This document shows positions 54,391-63,574 of a DNA stretch of 63,574 bases, piece by piece (the stretch's first letter is position 1; each line of letters begins with the position of its first letter). Origin of the DNA: Phoronis australis (Eukaryota; Animalia; Phoronida); the NCBI GenBank assembly GCA_002633005.1, contig NMRA01000019.1, positions 1,741,018 to 1,804,591 on the forward strand, in the 5' to 3' direction. Position numbers and translations under genes: made by a program. The notes beneath the pieces were generated by a model that was given only the letters and a program-made list of their open reading frames with translations, made no database searches and was not told the origin of the DNA.

Positions 54391-57300
54391 CTAAATGAAG
54401 AATCTCCTAACATGTGACCATAGCATGTAAAATCGAGCTTTGGTTTTACAACAGCATTCTGTTAGCAAACGCTGACTAAGCATACGCTCACACGGCCTCT
54501 GTGCCCGGTCAATTAGATGTACCTTTATTGCATATGAAGCCGGTAATGCAGTGGTTTATTATTATTTTTTTAATGTTTAGTACGAAATCTTCAGAATACA
54601 ATGAATATACATAACCCAGAAAGCGCCAAGAGGCATTAGATCGGGGTAAAAAATACAAAGAAATCTACATGTGTATACAATTATTGTACACGTATACATG
54701 AATAAAAAACTGATGTTAAGATTACAATGATATATTACTACGAATGTGAATAATTCATTTTCATACAGATGTATAAAATTCTATCCACTCACCAAAGAAA
54801 TTTAATGTTATCAAGAAATTCTGATACTACATGTATTTAAAATAAAACCTTATTTTCATTTAGTTAAGTTCTTGACATCCATATCGAAAGAAATAAATTA
54901 CAATTGCGGAATTTCAGAATATTTTTTGTAAACATTGGCGTATTGTTCGAGTGTCTGGAAAAGCTGAACCCTCTCCTCCTTTCATGCCTTACAAGCAAAG
55001 AAAACACGAGGATATGTCTGGGTTTATTCGTTGCTGGCTTCTTACAACATTTGCATTCACGAATACTTCAAAGCTACAGTATTATAAATTTTATCTAATG
55101 AGACAGACTTTGTTCCAGATTTATATAAGCATTGGTTAGAGTGAGAATAATTCATTTTGAAACAGAACGCAGAATAAACATCATCATGGCAACTTGCAAT
55201 CCCGACTTATACGAGAGTTCATGAGACGAATACTTCGCAGGTGGACGTGAAGTTTCACAGGCTGTCAGTTCGAATCGGAACACGGTGATCAAGAAACACT
55301 AGAGAGGCGCCGTGAAATTGCACAGGCAACGGAATGTATGGATAGTTTTTTGGTCAGCCGGCATTAGTCGGACTCGCTGTCGACGACTGCCTGCCACAGA
55401 ATCAGAGTTGTGTCACCATAGACTATAGATAGGGACTACCAACTCCCGTTAAAGCGCAAGGAGAATGTTAAGGACCAAGAGACATAAGCATTAACGATAA
55501 GAGGGCGCTGCACACGCAGGATAGAAAACTTCCAGGTTTACGGAGCAGCCGTTCCCTCGTTTCAAGATTTGGTTAAGTAATGCGTCGACTTGCTTGATTT
55601 TTTGAAGTTTTAAAAACTTGTAAAATTAAAATGCGTATATTGTTCTCTGTCATGTAATTGAAAACCTTCACAAGATGATTCAGACAAGTTATGAATTATC
55701 AACGCCAGAAACGTCTTCAGCTGATTTTCCCATTCTCCATGTTTACACTTAAGTCGCATCAGCTGTTTTTTGCTGCAAGTAGTATTAGTGTTTGTTTAAA
55801 TTCAGTACCGTACGAATCCGCTCATAATCATAAGTAAAAGTATTAACCAACAAAAATGAATTCGTTACAATGTTACACAATAAATATTTGTGTAATTCAC
55901 ACAGCTTTGTTCCAGGGGGGAGGAAAGGCTCACCGTCATTGACATATCATTTGCAGAACCCCAGTGTCAAAAACTTCTGTCACTAGTATCAGAGTGGCGC
56001 ATCTAGAATACAATAAGGGAAGCCCAACATGTCGCGCATGAAATTGGGCAAATCGCAATTGTATGTGCACAGGCGACCCGAAAGTTGGAAGGGTAAAAAA
56101 ATAATTGCAGGTGGTCTGATACACGTTGTACCAGACGTGCGCAGGCCTCGCATGTGGACCCATTGCACTGATCACCTGGAAATATTTTTATGCTTTATAA
56201 ATATATGGTTAAAACCGAGCTGAGGAGCTAGAAACCTGGCTCAAGGGTTTAGCAGTGTGACCTGGTGGGACTTGAACACATGACCTGGAGTAAAGAAAGC
56301 GGGCAGGTGATGTGGACCTGCAAATGTATTGGTGGACTAAAAAAAGCGAACGCGATTCCGGCGTTAGCGGTCCCAGTTACTCACGGTTCATGCTGTTGCT
56401 GTTGCTCTTTCCTTTTGCTTGCGGCAGCCCGGGGGGGCAGGCTCATGCCTAAATCTGCCTATGTACAGTATCATAGGCCAACAGCACATTGTAGGGAATT
56501 TTCTAAATATATTCATGATTATCATTGGTTCGATACATGGCACTCGTTGCTGTTAACAATCTTTATTCCATTCCGTTCGCATCCTCGGAACAAAGTGCAA
56601 AAGTCAACAGAACATTGGTAAAGTAACTGACCAAGAGACATGATTAAAAGACAAATGATATTTCGATACATACTTGTTTCATTCTCAAGTGGAAACAAAA
56701 TGACGCAATAATATCACCACAGAGCAAAAGCTAGTGAAATACCCAAAGGGACGCAGCAGATGTGGAATACTGCTAAAACTGACAAATGGAAGGGGTAACA
56801 AGAATATCGCACAAACAAGTGCAGCACGATGACCCCGTTTGCTGCACATTGAATGCAAACAAAAGAGAGTCCTATAATTTCAATCGCAGCACACCGTGCT
56901 CTCCATGTCGACCCAATTGACGTGTTCTCCACATTTTTTGACGAGTGATATTTATGATTATGAAAGTAGGAATGCTCATTAAGACATAATGTCCATTTCT
57001 CACTTTCAGTGTCTGGGCATCCTCTAAATAAAAAGGATCCTGGATATCTCGAAAATACGACAAATACGTAGAATATTTGTAAAGTAATATGGAACTTAAG
57101 AGTTTTACCCATAACGTGATTTTGTGGAAGTGAACTCTGCCTCCAGGACTCTTCTCTAGCTCTTTAAACAGAAAACAGCTAATTTTCATTATCGCACTGT
57201 GTGTGAATATTCACTTAACAAAATCAGTTTCAATACTGGGTAGTGCAGAGACAGCCTGCGATTGAATTGAAGTCAAAACTTGGAAAGACCAGTTAGCACT

Positions 57301-59463
57301 GTTAATTTCTTTTGGGTTTGGTGATGTCAACAGATATTCAATGTTCGCAAGGAAACTTGTATACTACATTTTTTTTAAAAATTAAGTTTTTGTACTTTAT
57401 ACTCAGTGAAAGGAATGCAGTTTTAAGTGTTATATTATTGCATTCAGAAGAAAAACAGTTATATAATAACATGGAGTAAACCAACAACTGAAACAAAATA
57501 CCACAGCATTTGACATCAGAGAACATGAGAGGGAAAGACTCGAGTTATGAAAGGTGTTCGGTCAGCCGTATTTCAGATAGCACAGCACACACAAAATACA
57601 CATTTTTCATTTGAATATTTTCCCATTTCCAATGAGTAAGTAACAGGGGTCTGGGATTCCCCTGCCTTACTTTACAATTGTTAAGTGAAAATTGGCAACA
57701 CAACTGTACAATGGAATTGATTTTTACAATGACAAACAGGTAAGAACATTCCATAAAGTGCTGTATACATTTCTGAGAAAGCAATACAAAAGCACCATTT
57801 GCATACTATGTTTTACAAAATAGAACTATCGGAGCAAAGCAAAATACAAATGTCATCAGACATGCCATCTATACAAGTTTTTGAATTTTCAAATCCGTTA
57901 GGCGACTCTCGAGTTCTTTAATTTTTAGAGCCTCAAATATAGAGTTCAGCAAACAGCACCTTAAATTTCAGGCCATGAAAATTGCAAGTTTAAACAACTA
58001 TATTTGGGAATCAATGGCTTACTGTCTTCCTAAAACAAGATGGAGAGTCCTTTACAAGTACGTTAACAACATGGCATCACACCAAAACACTCTGAAAATT
58101 ACAAAACACTTCAAGAATTATTATGGTTGAGAGAAAATATTTCTTTTGTTCCAAAATATTTTAAAACNAAACGGGCCATTATGTTCAGTCTTACGAATTG
58201 TGCATCCGCCCCGAATTCTTGTGGACTTTTGTCTCGTTTACTCGGACGTTATGTTTCACTGAAGCAGGCCTTTTTGCCCAATTCGCCACATCACGAGCCC
58301 CCCCCCCCGTGGGTGCGCCCATGCAATCAAATATATTATAGGAATTGAGATGTGTTGTGTTGGTGACCATCCAAAAAGTTGAATTGAATTTAAAAATATT
58401 CTGTGCTATTTTGATAAAAATATTTAACCAATTTGGGCCACTTTGTGTAATTTAGAGCAGTTTTGATTGGTTCTGTTTAATACATGTGACCAATCAAGTT
58501 TGAGTTCAGTTTGAACCCTGGAAAGGTCAACAGGGTTTTTAAAATGACTGAATTTACCTTTTCGGAAGTGTCCCTCAATGAAAAAGGTGAGATAAAGTGA
58601 AAAAATTAACGGCGAATGGCTTAGGACAGTACTAGTATTTGTGGCGTTGAGAGTACACTTTCAGGATTTTTCCGACAAGACATTCAATTCAAAAACTATA
58701 TCTTTTCATACGGTTGTCAAAAAAATAAATAAAAATTGTACACTGAAGGTTGAATTTTTTAGCAAACAGTTTGATATCAGTGATGATTTGGAGGGGGGCC
58801 CTAACATTCCCCCATACTCCATTTGGCAGTTCGGGGATGAGAATGTCTGAAGGTCAAAATCCTGGCTAGTCCCCGTCCTACCCCCAACACAAAATCCTGG
58901 ATCCGCCCCTGGATATACACATCATTAAATTCGGTTCAGCAACGGTCACTTAGCAGCTGAAAGCTTATCCCCTCCTATACCTTATAGTATAAGTCACAAG
59001 AATTTACCGGTGAGTGAAAATTGTTAAGTGCTCGCAGTACTTCAATTTTTAAAAATAATCGTTCATACCCCCATTTGCTGAAACGGATATCAATAGAAAG
59101 AAGAAAGTTTAAATAATTCGCTAGAATGCTTTTCGTGTTCCACCATTTTATATGCTAATAGATAAGAGCTTCTGAAAATCATGAGAAATGGCAAAATTTC
59201 GCTCTTGCAGAATTTTGGCCGTCTTAGCTTACTATGGTTCGTGTATTGTAGGCGTGCTGACGAATGAGAAAAAACTACATTTAGGTCAAGCCAAAATTCC
59301 TACAAAATATACAAAATTCAAACTATATTTCATCGTAAATGACTGAAAATTCAACTATATGACAAAATTATGCAGTGGGGCTCCTCGAGGTGTCGCCGCC
59401 GTACTAGTGGTGATTGAATTGGGTTCTGCTATGTTGAAAATAGGCCAAAAAGGCTAACAAAAT

Positions 59464-60283
59464 GTAGTTTACGTACCCTCATTTGCAGATCAGTAACACA
59501 AATGGTCATTGCAAAAGAAATTATTGCTTTTTGAATAACAACATGGTGCTTATTATCACCAAAGATAAATGGCCATACAACATTATGTTACCATGTGATG
59601 CAGAAACAGTGATGTAGTGCACGTACCCCCTTTTGTAGTGTACGTACACCCATGTTTACAAATGTCATGAAATTAAATTATCACATGGTAAGGGAGCAAC
59701 GCTGGTCATAGACAGTTTTCTTCCTTAAAATGTTAGGTTAAAAGGGTGTTTATTGCAAATACATTATTTTGTTTGTGTAGTGTACGTACCCCTATATTTT
59801 AATTTGTGCGTATTTTCAAAGTATGGTAGATATCCACATGAATGCTGTGTTTTTTATTTTTTCTCTTTGAATTGATTTAGCAAATCAGCTAACTCTCAGA
59901 AGGTTCTTAGTTTTTAGTTACAAACCAGACATGTCATTGAAATGTTGTGTACGTACCCCGATACCATGAAACATAAGTATTACACGGTAAGTAAGCAACA
60001 CTTGTCACAGACAGTTTCCTCCTTTAAAATTAATAGGGTAAAAGGGTGTTAAGTACAAAATAATACATTTATTTCGTGTGAAATATTAGCATTTGTGTAG
60101 TGTACGTAACCCTACAATATAACATGTGCCTGTTTCCAAATAATGACAGACAGATATGCACATGTATGCAGTACTTATTATTTGTTATCTTTAAATAGAT
60201 TTGGTAAATGAACTATTTCTCAGTAGATTCTAAGTATTTTTCATAAGTCTGACAAGTCGTTGAGATGTAGTGTACGTACCCCT
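59464..60283. repeat. Degenerate tandem repeat anchored on GTAGTGTACGTACCCC
   Basis: Motif variants at 59464, 59614, 59635, 59777, 59944, 60097 and 60267. A ~320-bp higher-order unit occurs twice. Confidence 0.75.
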
Positions 60284-60609
60284 GTTTAGTGTATGCACCT
60301 TCAACCTCTGTGTTATAAAGTATTGCCCACAAGTATTTTACATACTGCCAGAACTGCTGTTCTCATGAACAATACTGACATTTCCAAAATGAATCCAGTC
60401 CGACAAAAAACAACGGACATTATCAAATCTGTGGGCAAAAAATGCCACGCAGGACTTGGCTGGTACTTAACATCCTAGAAGACACGTCATGTGACAACTG
60501 ATGTTGCAGAGTCAGGTTCTCTATCTCTCAAGACAACTTGCAACAAACCAACAAGTAGAGGCAGCACAAAACTCGAGACCATCCCATACATTTGTAAATT
60601 AGTTAAAAT

Positions 60610-63573
60610 GGGGCTATTCGGAGAATTTTCCTCGCAGTGTTGCTGCTGTACTAGTGGTGATTGAATTGCGCATGTGTCGCTGTCTGCATGTAAACAGCTG
60701 GTAAAAACACAGATTGTCATCAAAATACGGCGTCGCGCAAAGCCTTATTATTGCTATTTTCCTTGGTGCAAGTCTTCGATAGGTGGTCACAAATTAACAA
60801 AAGACCTAAGGTTACTACATCCGTGGAGCATTGCGGTCAATAGGGTCTACCAACTGACAAAAAGTGTGTAGATGCTGAAGCCCCTTTGGGAGACTACATA
60901 ACGTAACTTGGTAAGTTTTTAGCAATCAAGTTTCTATCGACATCGTTCGGTGATGTTATCCGCACCAGTTACCCCACTGAATAACGGTTTTATTGAATGG
61001 AACTAAGTGTTTCTTTTCGGAAACTCACCCAGGACGCGGATGCCGGATAGGCTAGCAGCACATATTCACATATTGTCCTCCAGGGGTGGGAATGCGCCCA
61101 ATATAAGAGGTGTATGGTGCGTGACGCTCAGAAGTCAAGGTTGACTTTTTCAGAGCAGTTTCTCTTCAAAGCTATGCTATGTCCAATAAAATTCTCTAGA
61201 CGAGAGAGTTTCCTTATTTTATGGCGCACTCCATCCCCAGGACTACCAGATTAGCTACTGAACTAACATGAATAAGCTATTCAGTAAACGTCATAACATT
61301 GCATTGGAATAAAAATTAACACCTAGAATGAATTTTACTTGTTGAGGTCAGATGAACATTTTAGGTGTCGTGAAAAATACACTTTATTAAATCACTGTTA
61401 GCCTCTTTCACATAGTTTAATTCAGATCTTAAATAAGACTTGTATACAAAGATTATTATTTTCTACATATGAACGTGAAGATGAAACGTCAAGTATGTTC
61501 TGCCTTACTAACTTAGTTTTGTCTTGCATTTTCTTTATAATTTGTTAATACATGTATTTCTCTGACTATTCTGTTACAGGTGAGAGAAAACGACTGAAAC
61601 CAGCCGCCTGGACAAAGAGAAAAGCAATCCTTCAGCAAAAACCTGAGAGAATTGAACATAATTCAGAAATTTAGCCCTTGATATTCCTGATTATGGACTC
61701 CATTGCGTGGGAAAATTACAATTGTTTTTAACAATGTTGTTTCTTTATAAACTTTTCTTGCATGTGGAACTTTTGTTGAGGACAAGTTAACACAAAACTT
61801 AAAATTGTTCAAAGGCCTTCTTAAGAAATAATTACACACACAAACAAATCAAATGAAAAGAAAGGGGTACTTCATTTTGATCGCTGCACATTTCTAGAGG
61901 TCAACAGGAAAACGACAATTCGCAAGCGTAATCGCTAATCATTTCAGCTTTATAAAGAATAAGCACAACTGCACTGTGTGGGGCTTTAAAACTGAGGAAA
62001 TATTGTGGTTTCAATAATTAGTGACAAACTTGTCTGTTGATGAAAAATTTACTCGATCATCAAAGTGCAACATTAACGGGCTTTCTACTGACAATAAGAC
62101 AAGCGATGCAGTCACTGAATGTCATTTCCCCATAATGTGTACCAAATTGAAAAGTTTTTACCATTAATATAAAGTCTTTCTTCTGAAAGGAAAAATTAAT
62201 GTCACTCAGTGAGAATGGACAGGTATTTGAACCAGATGCTTTCGTTTTTCATTTCACAGAGATCTAGTTTCGATAGCCTATAGTAGGGCTTGTAAAAAGG
62301 TCCAGTTTCGGCACGTGGCTTTCCTCCAGGTAACCTCATTCAGCCTCAATTAGATCCTTGAAGGTAAACACAACAGCATATCACTTGACTCGTCTTGTGC
62401 CCAAAACCTGACCCTGAACTAGACCAGAGTGTCACTACGTCTTCTTTAGCTTCAATCCAGCAGGTTTCCTCCAGGAAAGGAAGGAAGCTGCATGTATTGT
62501 CCACACATGACTTATTGCCTACGAAAGGCCATCCTCACCAACGAGGCTGACTTGTATAGCAGTCAGATATAGTTCCTCTTCATACATGCGCTCACCCAGC
62601 CTTCAATATGGGGGGCTCGAATTCCTGACTTTTGTGGACCTTTTGGTAACAAAAAAGCGGGCGGACTAGAAAAAAAGGGAGCACCACTGTGAATTGCGCG
62701 TTTGCGCATGTTTAATGGACTTATGCCAAATTTCTCGGACTTTTTGTCTCTCTGAGGCGGTCCTTTTGGCCCACTTCGTTCGAGCCCCGCCTGGGTGCGC
62801 GCATGTCATACACAAAGAACACGTTGTCTTATGGTAACTTCGCACTGCGATTCACATTTCACCAGGGCCATGGTGTGTGGAAATGCTGTGGGAACAGAAA
62901 AGAGTAACAAAGCTTGTTCGTTGTTTCCGATGAAGAAAGTAGGCTTTAACAACAGATCTACACTGGATGGGAAGATCTTGCTGGTTAGCTGCAGTCAACT
63001 GCTTGAAACAAATTTTTGTCCATTCTGTAATAAATTTCCGGAAGACATAGGATAGGGAGTAAACAAATAGTCTAATGGATATTTACGTACCCTTTGCCAT
63101 GGCATTGGGCTTGGATTGTAATCTCACTAACCAATATCGAGTTAAACATTCAGCATTCATTGATGTAACTGTCACTGATAAACCTGTTAGAAATCATTCC
63201 AAACAATAATACTGCTTTGATGTACGAAAACATCCCGAGTGCTACATCAAGTATCGTAACAAGCATCACAACAAACAAAGATTAACCCGACTGGCCACTG
63301 CCGCGAAGTCGACATCGGCGAGTATCTCAGTTAACAGGCATCAGTAGAATAAACATGGAATAATCGTTAAAATAATAACAAACCATACCTTTGTATAAGG
63401 TCGTGCATACTTTCTCTCATAGAAGCACCCTTTTTACGCAATCTCAGATTCAGTTGGCACGCCTACAAGCCATTTCACCATGTATTTAAAGGGCTCGCGA
63501 AATCGAGGCTGTTAATCTATCACCACTAGTACACGCGCGCCCTCTAGTTAATGTAAATTTTCCGAATAGCCAC
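60610..63573. mobile_element. Decayed ISL2EU-like (PIF/Harbinger group) DNA transposon
   Basis: TIRs G(G/T)GGCTATTCGGA.AATTT plus inverted GTACTAGTGGTGAT, with AT on the left flank. THAP-like remnant on + (CYFPWC...KDLRLLHPWSIAVNR). SAP-like remnant on - (LRLRKKGASM...DLIQ) at the other end. Confidence 0.6.
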
Positions 63574-63574
63574 A

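Larger units (their letters stand above)
44895..58041. repeat. Tandem segmental duplication unit B (~13.1 kb)
   Basis: Colinear with unit A. Lacks the 29751-36777 insertion and carries extra Kolobok-end copies. Confidence 0.93.

Noticed and set aside
59464-60283. CRISPR-like repeat-spacer pattern
   Set aside because: Eukaryotic context, spacers are long and resemble each other, and no cas genes are present.
60487-60591. Signal-peptide-like MYGMVSSFVLPLLVGLLQVVL on the minus strand as first exon
   Set aside because: Runs into a stop with no convincing phase-0 donor.
4065-63055. Most short ORFs in the supplied track
   Set aside because: Antisense or off-frame to transposon remnants, or random in AT-rich intron; no recognisable domains.

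Overview
AT-rich, repeat-dense eukaryotic DNA, probably from an invertebrate animal; no prokaryotic genes, rRNA, tRNA genes or CRISPR. Most of the window is intronic transposon debris: L2/CR1-type LINEs (one full length with a 2A-like peptide), an RNase H-bearing I/Ingi-like LINE, four Penelope-like elements per duplicated unit with hammerhead-like motifs, and Kolobok-like, ISL2EU-like and unclassified TIR DNA transposons. Within it, not captured by the ORF track, is a minus-strand spliced ankyrin-repeat gene with about one repeat per phase-0 exon (49509-49592, 36934-37032, 23323-23421, 9782-9883, 8763-8843, probable last coding exon 5862-5945). Two of these exons lie in the two units of a ~13-kb head-to-tail duplication (25395-44892 and 44895-58041). 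The intron flanks of this exon pair are ~90-95% identical, yet the exons are only ~54% identical (4/28 aa) with frame and splice sites intact. This suggests a hypervariable ankyrin exon-cassette system (strong diversifying selection or exon replacement). The 5' exon(s) were not found. All identities were counted by hand.
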